Source of the DNA: Dehalococcoidia bacterium
GTDB lineage: Bacteria; Chloroflexota; Dehalococcoidia; Lucifugimonadales; UBA2985
Assembly: GCA_965204895.1 (NCBI GenBank)
Contig: OZ242025.1
Span: forward strand, 1,604,864-1,668,863
Direction: 5' to 3'
DNA: 64,000 nucleotides
Every line of letters begins with the position of its first letter. Within the stretch, counting starts at the first letter, position 1. Positions 40,187-50,002 of this stretch are shown piece by piece. Position numbers and translations under genes: made by a program. Below the pieces are notes generated by a model. That model was not told where the DNA came from. It searched no databases and saw only the letters and a list, made by a program, of their open reading frames with translations.

Positions 40187-40541
40187 ATCGATGATCTCCT
40201 CTAATCTCGCTCTTGTATTGCCGAGATGACAACGAGCGCTGGCGTGTTCGCCACACTCGCAGGGTTATCTAGGCCCAGGCGGAATCGGGCTCTGAGCAAT
40301 CGCCTACACAGGTGACAATCCTCTGGCCTGTGGCCAAGGTGTTGGGCGGCTAGTTTGCTGCCCCTGCTGCTGCGCCGTTTCAGCCGCTTCCATGACCAAC
40401 TGCTGCTCCAAGGCGTCCGATTGCGGCGTGGACGCCGCGATCACTATGACGGTGGCCAAGTGGACGAGTAAGGCCTTTGTGCTTGAGTATTTGAACGTGC
40501 GTAACCGCAGTCCTGTTGTTCGAATGGGCACGCCACCTGGT

Positions 40542-40672
40542 CTCGAGGCGATACCCGAGGATGCCTGGACTCATTTGGCTACTGGATGCACGGTGCCGCC
40601 GACGCGGCCGAGACCACCTGCACTCACTTCCAGAGTGAGCCGGACGCCGCGCCTGTACGGCTGATGGTCCAG
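40542..40672 (+). mobile_element. IS1380-like transposase relic
   Basis: LEAIPEDAWT./YWMHGAADAAETTCTHFQSEPDAAPVRLMV resembles a central IS1380 transposase segment as I recall it. Confidence 0.6.
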
Positions 40673-40714
40673 TTACTGCTTGACCTGTTACCTGCAATGC
40701 TGGCCCACGCTGGC

Positions 40715-41377
40715 CTATACGTCGTCCAGGAGCCCGTTGCGGACTGCCCAGACGACCAGGCCCTGCCGGGAGCCCACCGCCAACTTGTCCTGGATTCGGT
40801 AAATGGCGTTGCGGACGGTCGATGCGCTGTTGCCCTGCACCTGCGCAATGTCCGAGTAAGAGTGGCCACTGGCATACATCGTCAGCGCCTCCCGCTCCCT
40901 CTCCGTGAGCGCTTGGGAGTTCTGCAGGCTGGTCGACTGGGACTGGTCGTGGGCAACAGCGCAGGCCCTCCTCAGGATGGGAAGCGGTATGCGCACCAGG
41001 CCCATCGCCACGTCCCGCACCGCATCCAGGAGGTCCGAGAGGCCGGCATCCTTGATGACGTACCCCGCTGCTCCGGCCGCCACCGCCGCGATGACCGCAT
41101 CGTCGTCCGTCGACGCAGTCAGCATCAGAACCCGGGTGTCGGGCAAAAGGTCCACGATTTCACGGCAGGCCTCCACTCCGTCCTTGCCCGGGATCATCAG
41201 GTCCATGATGACAGCGTCCGGTCGCAAGTTCTCCGCCATTGGGACTGCCTCCTCGCCGTCGGAAGCCTGCCCCACGACCTCAAACTCTCCAGTGTTCTCC
41301 AGCACGCGCCGCAGGCTGTCAAGCACCAAGGGATGGTCGTCCACCACCAACACGCGGATCCGGCCATTTTCAGACAT
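40715..41377 (-). CDS. NarL/LuxR response regulator (paralogue of 15028-15705)
   Basis: VVDDH, MDLMIP, LTERERE...TVRN...QDKL...LVVWAVRNGL; GGAGGT RBS. Confidence 0.95.
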   Translation of the reverse strand: MSENGRIRVLVVDDHPLVLDSLRRVLENTGEFEVVGQASDGEEAVPMAENLRPDAVIMDLMIPGKDGVEACREIVDLLPDTRVLMLTASTDDDAVIAAVAAGAAGYVIKDAGLSDLLDAVRDVAMGLVRIPLPILRRACAVAHDQSQSTSLQNSQALTEREREALTMYASGHSYSDIAQVQGNSASTVRNAIYRIQDKLAVGSRQGLVVWAVRNGLLDDV

Positions 41378-41396
41378 GTTACTCACCTCCTTAAAT

Positions 41397-42671
41397 TCAG
41401 GCCTGTCCGGCCCCGTCATGCGATAGGGCTTTGGGAAGCACACAGTTCACCGAGGTCCCCAGGGCGGGTCCATCCGAGGTCACGACCAGCCGGCCGCCCA
41501 TCCGCTCCGCCTCCACCTTCATGCCCGCGAACCCCCGGCCCCGCTCCGCGTAGCCCTCCGGAAGCCCCACCCCATCGTCCTCCACCTTGAGGCTGATCCA
41601 GTCCCCCTCGAAATCCAGCACGAGGCGCACGCTGCCGGCATCAGCATGCCTGAATGCGTTGGTCAGAGCGTTGTGCGCAATCGAAAAGAGCCGAGAACGG
41701 GTTTCCACGCTCAGCTCCGGCTCGTCACCGTACTGCTCCATCCGCGTAGGCACTGAGGTGATCCTCTGGAACGTCTCGGTGTGGGCGCGTAAGACGGACC
41801 CCAGGCTCCTTCCTTCGAAGAGGCGTCCAGCGTCGATGGAGCGTCTGAGCTCCCACATCACCGACCGGGACATCTGAGAGGTGGCCTCCAGCGTCTCCGA
41901 AAGCTCCGCGTTGGAGTCTCCCGCCAGGGTCCGGGCGCTGTCCACTCCCAGGCCAATCATGTAGACGGACTGGGCCGCCGTGTCATGGATCGACTGGGAG
42001 AGGTCAATGCGCTCCTGGTGCAGCGCACGCTCTCTCGCAGTCGCCCTCAACCGGCCGGCCCTCTCGAACCTGGCCACCAAGTTGACCACCAGCACCACCG
42101 CGTACATCGCCCCAACCCTCACGGCAAGAACCATGTCGTCCCGGGGCGCCAGGTCGAGCCCTTCCCCCACGGTGATGCACACAACGGTGTAGACCAGGGC
42201 AACCAAGGTTACCCACGCCAGGTTGAGCCTCACCGAAGTGAACAGCACGGCGAACACCGCCAGCACCGGGTAGTACAGCACGTGGGTGAACATGGCGGAG
42301 AATCCTCCGGCGGTCCATACTCCGGAGGTCACCAACGCCACGTCCACGGCGTTTGTCGCCAGCATCCACCTCCAGGTGAAAGACCGTTCCGACCGTAGCC
42401 GAAGATGTGTGAATCCGTTGAAGACGACCAGAAGGCCGATGGTAACCGAATAGGAGGCGTACTTGGCCAGCGGGAAGGGGAAGGGAGGCTGGAAGAGAAT
42501 GTACAGGACCAGTGCGGCCACGAACCAGCGCACCCAGACGGACACGCCGGCGGCGTAGCGCACCTCGTAGTCGCCCGCCCAGTTGGCGCGCCAGAACCGG
42601 TCCCGGACCAACCTGAAAGGGTGGACCAGCAGGGTGGGCGCCTGTGAGGATTTTGAAGGGCCCCAGTTCAA
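41397..42671 (-). CDS. Membrane histidine kinase (paralogue of 13802-15031)
   Basis: ERIDLSQSIHDTAAQ, RLFSIAHNALTNAFRHA (identical to copy 1), EDDGVG. Confidence 0.9.
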   Translation of the reverse strand: MNWGPSKSSQAPTLLVHPFRLVRDRFWRANWAGDYEVRYAAGVSVWVRWFVAALVLYILFQPPFPFPLAKYASYSVTIGLLVVFNGFTHLRLRSERSFTWRWMLATNAVDVALVTSGVWTAGGFSAMFTHVLYYPVLAVFAVLFTSVRLNLAWVTLVALVYTVVCITVGEGLDLAPRDDMVLAVRVGAMYAVVLVVNLVARFERAGRLRATARERALHQERIDLSQSIHDTAAQSVYMIGLGVDSARTLAGDSNAELSETLEATSQMSRSVMWELRRSIDAGRLFEGRSLGSVLRAHTETFQRITSVPTRMEQYGDEPELSVETRSRLFSIAHNALTNAFRHADAGSVRLVLDFEGDWISLKVEDDGVGLPEGYAERGRGFAGMKVEAERMGGRLVVTSDGPALGTSVNCVLPKALSHDGAGQA

Positions 42672-42944
42672 GATTGCACCTCAGACGTGGCCGGAAGTTG
42701 CTGTTCTGACAATGTACCGCGTCAGGCTGCGCGCGCAAAAGGTCAAAGCTGAGGGTGTCGGGTTGCGTTTATGAACACTCCAACGGCAATTGTGACCACT
42801 CATCATCACAGTCAAAAAGGCCTTACCCCCCACCCAGTCAAGCATGTGTAATTACCGATGAAGTCTTATCGCCATCCCGAACATCAGGACGGGCCAACGC
42901 AGCAGTCTCTGAGGGAGGGCATGGGAGAGGGGTGTTTGCGCTCC

Positions 42945-43165
42945 ATGCCGCGACAGAGCATTCAGCACGGCGGGATAACCCATGGGCGTCCCGGATGACT
43001 CCCGCCAACGCTTGGAGCCCTCTTGGAAGGCCCCTCTTGCCCTAGCCCCCTTGTCGTCGCGGCGCCTCGACCGGGGGCGGTCACCCCCTCTGATTCTTGA
43101 GAGCAGGCTGCTGTGCCCCGGACTCGGCGCGCCGCAGCACGCATGGTCAGACAACTTCTACACGG
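42945..43165 (+). pseudogene. Third, decayed copy of the XRE HTH gene
   Basis: GCTCCATGCCG start context shared with the 5261 gene; MPRQSIQHGGITHG/VPDDSRQRLEP versus MPRQRILHSRDTHPLPDDFPQRLER. Confidence 0.6.
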
Positions 43166-43184
43166 AGAGCAAATGGAGAAGGAC

Positions 43185-44444
43185 ATGAATAAGCGAATGG
43201 GAACAGTCATCGTAGTGGTCGCTCTGGCGCTGTCGGCCGTCGCCGTGCTGACGTGGCCGGCGTCACCCGACAGCGTGCAGGCGCAGAGCAGTTGCCCAAA
43301 CACCCTGAACCAGTACGCCACCAACTTCGACACCTGCATGAAGGAAGCCCTGAGGCAGCGCTTCAGCGACCTGGACGTCTCGACGGACTCCGATCAACGC
43401 ACCGTCACGGTGACAGTACTCGGCGCCAGCAACCTGGAGCGGCACAGCCGCTTCCGGGGCTGGAGGGTGGACAACGTCCAGTTCCGTCTCCGGCTTAGAG
43501 CTCGGGGGGACGGCCAGACGTGGACCCAAACCGGCTCGGCCCAGCCGGGGGCTCCCCACACCTTCAGTAACATCCCCCTGCCGGCCACTGGCGGCGTCAT
43601 TGACTACTTCGTCGAGGCCCGGCTGGAGCCCGTCTCCAGCTCGGCGGGAAACCGGGACATAGACTTCCACCTGTCGGGCAAGGGGTCCGTCTCCTACACC
43701 ATCCAGTCACGGCCAACCCCAACGCCCACGTATACTCCCACGCCCAGACCGACCCGGGTGCCTGACACAGACATTGTGTACGCAGAGGTCACGAGGGGGG
43801 ACGCAAGCTTCAGTCCGGGTACGTATAACTTCACGTGGAGAACCACCGGCCGCAAGCCCAACTTCCATGCTCTGGCGTATCGCAAGCTCGACAGAGATTG
43901 TGACGCGATAGGCAATTGGACGTTTAGGCGATACAACGGGCACGCTACATCAGACCTGCTGCAACTCTCAGAGCCTGAGAATGGCTTGCCCAATAACCAG
44001 AGCTGGCAATTCATCCTGGAAGCTGGCACGGACAGTGTGTATCTCTTCTCACGCTCCGCCTGTGGTCCCAGCCGGATTGGACATCCCCTTGCCACTGAGG
44101 TCCAGACAGGCGTGCCTCCCATCTTCAGTAATGTGCCGGTGGCCCACGGTGGCAACAACTTCACGTTCACGCTGCGGTTCAGCGCAGAACCCAAGTCGGA
44201 TTTCAGTTACGTGAATATGCGCGACCATGTGCTGAACATCACCGGCGGCGAAGTGGTAGGCGCCAACAGATTAAATAGGCCAAGCAACCGGGGCTGGCTC
44301 ATCGTCATTAACCCTGATGGGAACCCTGACGTGGTCGTGACGTTGCCTGCCACCACGGACTGCAATCTGGATTCAGCGGTGTGTGATGACCAGAATATGC
44401 CCTTGGGAGACACAGGAACTATCACTGTTCCACGCGACGACTAG
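43185..44444 (+). CDS. Secreted Ig/FN3-like protein
   Basis: Signal peptide ending VQA, PT linker, C-terminal FTFTLRFS...SYVNMRDH...GGEV...LPATTDC domain. Confidence 0.8.
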   Translation: MNKRMGTVIVVVALALSAVAVLTWPASPDSVQAQSSCPNTLNQYATNFDTCMKEALRQRFSDLDVSTDSDQRTVTVTVLGASNLERHSRFRGWRVDNVQFRLRLRARGDGQTWTQTGSAQPGAPHTFSNIPLPATGGVIDYFVEARLEPVSSSAGNRDIDFHLSGKGSVSYTIQSRPTPTPTYTPTPRPTRVPDTDIVYAEVTRGDASFSPGTYNFTWRTTGRKPNFHALAYRKLDRDCDAIGNWTFRRYNGHATSDLLQLSEPENGLPNNQSWQFILEAGTDSVYLFSRSACGPSRIGHPLATEVQTGVPPIFSNVPVAHGGNNFTFTLRFSAEPKSDFSYVNMRDHVLNITGGEVVGANRLNRPSNRGWLIVINPDGNPDVVVTLPATTDCNLDSAVCDDQNMPLGDTGTITVPRDD

Positions 44445-44709
44445 TGGTTAATGGGTGCGATCGCGACGGTCATGGGATAGTCCCGGGCCGTGCTGAATGT
44501 CCTGTTGCAAATCTGCGTGGAGCCGAAAGGCCGTTTGGTCAAGGCAGGCCAACTCTCGCCTTAGGCTCTGCGCGACTGCGAGGACAGGCCGGTCGGAGGA
44601 ACCCTCGGGCAACCTCTTTCGCGCCGGTCGATCCCGCCAACTCACGCAATCCGGGTGAGTCTGCGGACTGACCCACTCCAACAACGCGCCGGAGGCGAGA
44701 CCGGCACAA

Positions 44710-46764
44710 GTGGAGACAACAGTAAGGAGAACGATGAGTAGCAAGGAGAGTCGAGGTGCAATCGCCCACGTCCGTGGCAACGGAGGAGCGCTCGTGCTGA
44801 AATCCATCAGAACATCGCGATTCAAACCCCTGGCCGGTGCGCTGCTCGTCCTGTTTGCCCTGCTGGCCATCACCCTCTCGGTGGCCGCATGTGAGAACGA
44901 CGCCCAGAACGTCCGCGATGCCAACCAGACCCCAGCCGTGTCCACCTCCACGGCGGAGACTCCTACACCCAGCGCCGAAATCCGGGTGACAGAGCTGAAG
45001 GACGGCGACTGCGTCAATTCCACGATACCCGAAGGCATCAGCATCGACACCGTGGTCATTGTGCCCTGTTCGGGTGACTGGCAATACCGTGTGCTCAACT
45101 CATTCCAGGCTGCTGACGCCGAGGCTTATCCCGACGAGGGCGTCTTCATCAACCAAGTCTCCGAGAACTGCGATCTGCAAACTGTCTTCTACCTGTTCCC
45201 GACAGCCCAGAGCTGGGAGCAGGGAGACCGAAAGATTACGTGTCTTCAGCAGGCGCCTGAACCAACCCCGAAGCCGGAGTCGGAGCATACCCCAACCACG
45301 GTTCCTACAAGCACACCCGCACCGGAGCCAACGCCCACACTGGAGGGGACCGCAACCGCCGAGCCTGTAGCAGGCACACAGTTGTCGGCGGCCGAAGTGT
45401 ACGCCCGCGTCGCTCCGTCCATAGTCTTCATCGAGACCCCGGCCGGAACGGGCAGCGGCGTCCTCATCGACGAAGGGTACATAGTGACCAACCGTCACGT
45501 CGTCTGGCCCTACGAGTCGGTCTGGGTCACGTTCCCGGACGGCGCCTGGTACGAGGACGTGCCCGTCATCGGCTGGGACGCGCTCTCGGACCTTGCCGTG
45601 CTCGGACCCGTCGAGACATCTGTCGCCCCGGCGGAACTCGCGGACGGAGAGGACCTGGCGCCCGGCAGCGAGCTCTACCTGATCGGATATCCCGCCGAGA
45701 CTGAAGCCTCCCCCGAGCCAACGATAAGCCGCGGCATCCTGTCGCGCTTCCGCGAGTGGGAGTGGTTCGGCATGACCTACTTCCAGACCGACGCGTCCAT
45801 CGCCGGGGGGCAGAGCGGCGGCGCGCTCGTCAACGACAGGGGCCAGGTCGTAGGCATCTCCACGTTCCGTTTCAGTGAGGCCGGGTTTGCGCTGGCGACC
45901 TCTATTGCCGATGATATTGCGATCATCGAAGAGCTGATCCTGTGGGGATGGGACACCGCCAACCCATCCAGGAGAAGTCTCCCGACCGGCGAAGGCGACT
46001 TCGCATTCAGGTTCAGTTTGCCCGACGAATGGACAGCCGTCACCTTTGTCCTGGACGGAGAGGCTGGGATGGCGGTTGAGCTTGCGCTCGATGGCGCAGG
46101 GGATGGCGCGTTCGCCGTCGTAGGACCGGGCGGGTCGATCGTGGAAGTTGACGAAGGCGCCACCGGTATCGAATACGTCGAGCTGGAGCTGTGGGTTGAC
46201 GGACCCCACTTGGTCACGGTGGGAATGAACTCCGAAGAGCCTCAGGTGTTCGATCTGGCAAGCAGCGTGCCGTTGACGTTCTTCCCGGACCCCGACGATG
46301 AAGAGTCCATTGAGGTATGGGAGACTCTTACCGGCAATATCGACAACTACCTGGACTCCGACAGCTTCTGGCTGCGGCTGGAGGAGGGCGAGTCGGTTGC
46401 GATCTTTGCCGAGTCCGTGAGCATCGACACCCATGTTTCCGTGGGACTCCCCGGGTTGCCGGAGACGCTTGCCTTTGACGACAACGGCCTGGGAGGTGCC
46501 TTAGGAACCGACTCAGTGCTGTTCTACCGCGCCGCGCTGGCAGGGAGCTACTTCATCCGCGTATCCGACGCGGTAAACACAAGTGTGGGCGGCTACCTGC
46601 TGGGCGTGGAAGCAATCGACGCCCTTGAGATTTGGGACAATGACAGTGACGGGATGATCACCTGCGATGAGGCGACGGCCAATGACATCGCCCCCGTCAG
46701 CTTCACGCATCCAGCCTACGAGTACATGGAGGACGATGACGGCAACGGATTTGCCTGCGAGTAG
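44710..46764 (+). CDS. Lipoprotein trypsin-like (S1C) serine protease with a Cys-rich N-domain, PPC-like domains and a C-terminal Excalibur/EF-hand-like motif
   Basis: Lipobox VAAC; GSG, TNRH, DLAVL, GQSGG triad; DNDSDGMITC...DDDGNGFACE. True start may be 44734 or later. Confidence 0.85.
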   Translation: METTVRRTMSSKESRGAIAHVRGNGGALVLKSIRTSRFKPLAGALLVLFALLAITLSVAACENDAQNVRDANQTPAVSTSTAETPTPSAEIRVTELKDGDCVNSTIPEGISIDTVVIVPCSGDWQYRVLNSFQAADAEAYPDEGVFINQVSENCDLQTVFYLFPTAQSWEQGDRKITCLQQAPEPTPKPESEHTPTTVPTSTPAPEPTPTLEGTATAEPVAGTQLSAAEVYARVAPSIVFIETPAGTGSGVLIDEGYIVTNRHVVWPYESVWVTFPDGAWYEDVPVIGWDALSDLAVLGPVETSVAPAELADGEDLAPGSELYLIGYPAETEASPEPTISRGILSRFREWEWFGMTYFQTDASIAGGQSGGALVNDRGQVVGISTFRFSEAGFALATSIADDIAIIEELILWGWDTANPSRRSLPTGEGDFAFRFSLPDEWTAVTFVLDGEAGMAVELALDGAGDGAFAVVGPGGSIVEVDEGATGIEYVELELWVDGPHLVTVGMNSEEPQVFDLASSVPLTFFPDPDDEESIEVWETLTGNIDNYLDSDSFWLRLEEGESVAIFAESVSIDTHVSVGLPGLPETLAFDDNGLGGALGTDSVLFYRAALAGSYFIRVSDAVNTSVGGYLLGVEAIDALEIWDNDSDGMITCDEATANDIAPVSFTHPAYEYMEDDDGNGFACE

Positions 46765-46884
46765 GTCAACCTGCAGATCGGGGATTGCCGGCATCAGCCC
46801 ATTTCGGGTTGTGGCAGGCCGGTGCGCGTCGCCGGCATCGCGCCGCCCACGGCATCGTCAGACGGGTCCAGAGGGAAGGCTCAC

Positions 46885-47214
46885 ATGAACGCTGGGATTA
46901 AGGGTCTGGCCTTGGGCGTTTCCGCACTCATCTTCGCCTTCGTCCCCATATATGCCCTGGCCAACTATGACCTGGCCGCGGATGCCCTGGCCATCGCACT
47001 CTTCGGATTCGTCACGCTGCTCGCCATCCCATGCTCCGTCCTGGGTCTCACGTTCTCGATAGCGGAGCTCAAGAGGAACCGGATGAAGGGAGATGGCACC
47101 GGCACGGCAGTTGCAGGTCTGGCAGCCAACCTGGCCGCGATGCTTGTCGTCATCGTGTGGGGGGTACTGATAGTCCTCGTCATTGCGATTCTTGAGTCGT
47201 TCAACAGGTACTGA
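46885..47214 (+). CDS. Small 3-TM membrane protein (DUF4190-like)
   Basis: Hydrophobic segments and GTGTAVAGL motif. Confidence 0.6.
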   Translation: MNAGIKGLALGVSALIFAFVPIYALANYDLAADALAIALFGFVTLLAIPCSVLGLTFSIAELKRNRMKGDGTGTAVAGLAANLAAMLVVIVWGVLIVLVIAILESFNRY

Positions 47215-47269
47215 CCACGCGACCTGTGTTACAGCGCCAAGTTCCACTGTCGTACCCGGCCCGAAGGAC

Positions 47270-47473
47270 ATCTTCCGCTTTCGCGCCCCAGGGCGCCCGG
47301 CCTCTCTGCCTGGGCTTGGGAATCGGCGAGATGAACTCCGCCCCGCGCCTTCTATCGATTGTACGTTGGGTTGGCTGACCATCGGCGTCAAGCTCCCAAT
47401 GGTGTTTCGGGTACTCGTAGGGGGAGTTGAGTATTGGCTGGTCAAAGAAGGGGTTTTCCGTAGTCTGTGTCAT
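47270..47473 (-). pseudogene. N-terminal fragment of a type III restriction endonuclease (Res, BPTD_3080-like)
   Basis: NPFFDQPILNSPYEYPKHHWELDADGQPT...RRGAEFISPIPKP, after which homology is lost. Confidence 0.75.
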
Positions 47474-47829
47474 TTCAGAATCCTCGAAGTCACCTATATC
47501 GGTGCCGACCTCCATTATAACGCCATTCTCCCTTGGCTGCAGGGACCCTGCATTGAACATCAGGTAGTGTTGCAGTTTCGGCTTGGTAGCTGGTAGGAAT
47601 TTGCTTCACTCATGCATAATGATAGGGATGTGGGGCGGGATAGGATAGGACACGAGACGAACCACTTTCAACGGCTGATAAACCAACAACAAAGAATCAC
47701 CCGACTATTAACGTACAACCCTTTATGCAGCTACACCCACCAACTTCAAGAGATTCACTCCATCTTTAAGAGAATAGGTTAAAACCCCAACCCACCCACT
47801 AGACACGTCATCCAAAACCTCGTCATCCT

Positions 47830-47958
47830 ATCAGACTCCTTCAGGACCCCGATGATCTGCCCCTTTGTGTACCCTTCCGATTCATGGGTCCTCCTTCCTT
47901 GTCACATTCTACCGGAGGACTCTCTTTGCCACTGCTACTGTTTTCGGGGGTAAGGTCA
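47830..47958 (-). mobile_element. IS3-family left-end relic
   Basis: TGACCTTACCCCCG IRL-like end at 47958, GGAGG RBS, ATG 47885, MNRK/YTKGQIIGVLKE (frameshifted OrfA start). Confidence 0.6.
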
Positions 47959-48297
47959 CTTCACATGTACTTTGATCTCACACATCTCGAATGGAGTAGT
48001 ATGACGGTGCCGCATCAGGTAGCGGATTAATCCTCGATCCTCAGAGACAGGTCGGGTACCACGGCCATACGAAACACGCGCCGCTTGCACTACGGCCCCA
48101 TCGTTGCCCATGTAGTCGACAAGACGTATGAAGCCATGATCTAGAATTGGTATAGTAGTATAGAGCAACCCCTCGAGAGCGGGAACAGTAGGGCGCATAG
48201 TCTCATAGAGATCGGCGCTTTGAGCTTCAGACTCGGCATGTTGCCGGTCTACTGATTCTTCCGTCGTGGCGTTACCTTCGTTGTGCTCTTCGCCCAC
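47956..48297 (-). pseudogene. thyX: Truncated FAD-dependent thymidylate synthase
   Basis: [16 protein letters not shown]...AARVSY...[16 protein letters not shown]; stops before the RHR signature, at the IS3-like end. Confidence 0.85.
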
Positions 48298-48484
48298 TAC
48301 TGCCGTATCATTGGCGAAAATGCTTCCATCATATTATACTACAATCTCCCAAATCTGGGACGGGGAACGGGTGAAGCAATCGGGCCAGGCATCAACCAAG
48401 AGGGTTGATTGCTTAGATGAGTGAGATTGTCCATCAAATACCCAATAGGCGGCCACGGTCCAGAAATTACAATTCCATTTCAAT

Positions 48485-48515
48485 CTCAAACGTGGTACTG
48501 CTTTCGGTAAGCCTT
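48485..48515. repeat. 31-bp direct repeat, copy 1 (copy 2 at 55853-55883)
   Basis: CTCAAACGTGGTACTGCTTTCGGTAAGCCTT versus CTCAAACGTGGCACTGCTTTCAGTCAGCCTT (28/31). Confidence 0.7.
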
Positions 48516-48655
48516 AGGCCACATTTTTCCGGCCGGGCTTGACTGTAGGCAGTACCTTAGCTATCAGCCTTTCTCCCTAAAGTCTACCGATGTCTCCACG
48601 TATGTGGTACAACTATTGGGCGTGGGGCATCTGTAGTCGAATCCAGGTAGGCGAT

Positions 48656-50002
48656 GTGAAGATAACGGTTATTGGCTTGGGACATGTGGGACTTGTGGCG
48701 GCAGCTGGACTGGCTGCATCCGGGCATGATGTCCTAGCGACCGACACAGATCGCTCAAGACTTGACGTTCTGAAGAGTGGAGAACTTCCGTTTTTTGAGC
48801 CCGGTTTAGCCGATTGGGTTTCCTGCAGTTTGCAGAGGGGAAAACTCAGCTATTTGCATCCCAGCGAATTCAACAGAGACCTTGGCGAAATAGCTTTGGT
48901 GGCGGTGGGAACTCCCGCAGACCAAAAATACAACGTAGACTTGAAAGAAGTGTGGTCGACCATCTCATGGATAAAGGGGATGGATCCGGGAAATTTAGTG
49001 GTTGTCATGAAGAGCACAGTGCCGCCGGGCACCGGACAGGAAATTGTGCAACGAGAGTTAGCGGGTAGCGGTATCGGCTATGTCGCTAACCCTGAGTTCC
49101 TCAGGCAAGGTCAGGCAATTGTGGACTGGCAAGCTCCAGACCGGATTGTCATTGGCGCCTCGAAAGGCGACCAACGCTCGGTCAATGTTGTGTCCCGGAT
49201 GTACGCCGGGAGCCAGGCTCCAATAATGGTAACTGACGTCACCAGCGCGGAGATGATCAAGTACGCCAGCAATGCCTTTCTGTCCACTCGTATTTCGTTC
49301 ATCAATGAGATTGCCGCCCTATGCGGTCTGCTTGGAGCCTCAATAGATGACGTTAGCGAGTGCCTGGCCTTGGACTCCAGAGTTGGGTCAAGGATCTACC
49401 CGGGCGTAGGTTACGGAGGCTCCTGCTTACCCAAGGATACCAGGATGCTGGAAGCCCTTGGGCTTAACAACGGCCTGGACGCCGGTTTGCTCAGAGCTGT
49501 AACCAGTACCAACAACCGTCAGCGGATGCTGCCTCTTCATGCCCTCCGCCGGAGGTTCGGTGGCTCTCTGTCAAGAGTACGTGTAGGCGTTCTGGGACTG
49601 GCTTACAAACCGGGAACTGATGACGTAAGGGATGCCCCGGCCTTGGATCTTCTACGAGCCCTGGATGAAGAAGGAGTGAACATTGCTGCGTACGACCCTG
49701 AGGCTATTGACTCCGCCCGCCGGGAGCTAAAGGACGTTTCAGTTGAGTTTGCTACCGACGTGGAGGAGGCTTCTAATAAAGCCCAGGCCCTGGTACTGAT
49801 GACCGATTGGTCGGAGTTCGCAGACCAGGACTGGACGGCTATAGCACGGAAGATGGCCCCGCCTCGCTTCATCTTTGACGGTAGAAATGTTCTTGACCCG
49901 GTGAAAATGAGAGAATTGGGCTTCGAGTATATGGGTGTAGGACGGCCAATCCCGGGCCAGGAAACCCTTAACGACTACATTGAGGGGCCGTCCCATGCGT
50001 GA
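48656..50002 (+). CDS. ugd: UDP-glucose/GDP-mannose 6-dehydrogenase
   Basis: IGLGHVG, KSTVPPGT, NPEFL, KYASNAF, GYGGSCLPKD, KPGTDDVR. Confidence 0.92.
   Translation: MKITVIGLGHVGLVAAAGLAASGHDVLATDTDRSRLDVLKSGELPFFEPGLADWVSCSLQRGKLSYLHPSEFNRDLGEIALVAVGTPADQKYNVDLKEVWSTISWIKGMDPGNLVVVMKSTVPPGTGQEIVQRELAGSGIGYVANPEFLRQGQAIVDWQAPDRIVIGASKGDQRSVNVVSRMYAGSQAPIMVTDVTSAEMIKYASNAFLSTRISFINEIAALCGLLGASIDDVSECLALDSRVGSRIYPGVGYGGSCLPKDTRMLEALGLNNGLDAGLLRAVTSTNNRQRMLPLHALRRRFGGSLSRVRVGVLGLAYKPGTDDVRDAPALDLLRALDEEGVNIAAYDPEAIDSARRELKDVSVEFATDVEEASNKAQALVLMTDWSEFADQDWTAIARKMAPPRFIFDGRNVLDPVKMRELGFEYMGVGRPIPGQETLNDYIEGPSHA

Noticed and set aside
44450-44700. Possible riboswitch (GCAAA...GCCGAAAGGC) upstream of the protease
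   Set aside because: It does not fit the c-di-GMP or any other consensus I can verify; only isolated hairpins.
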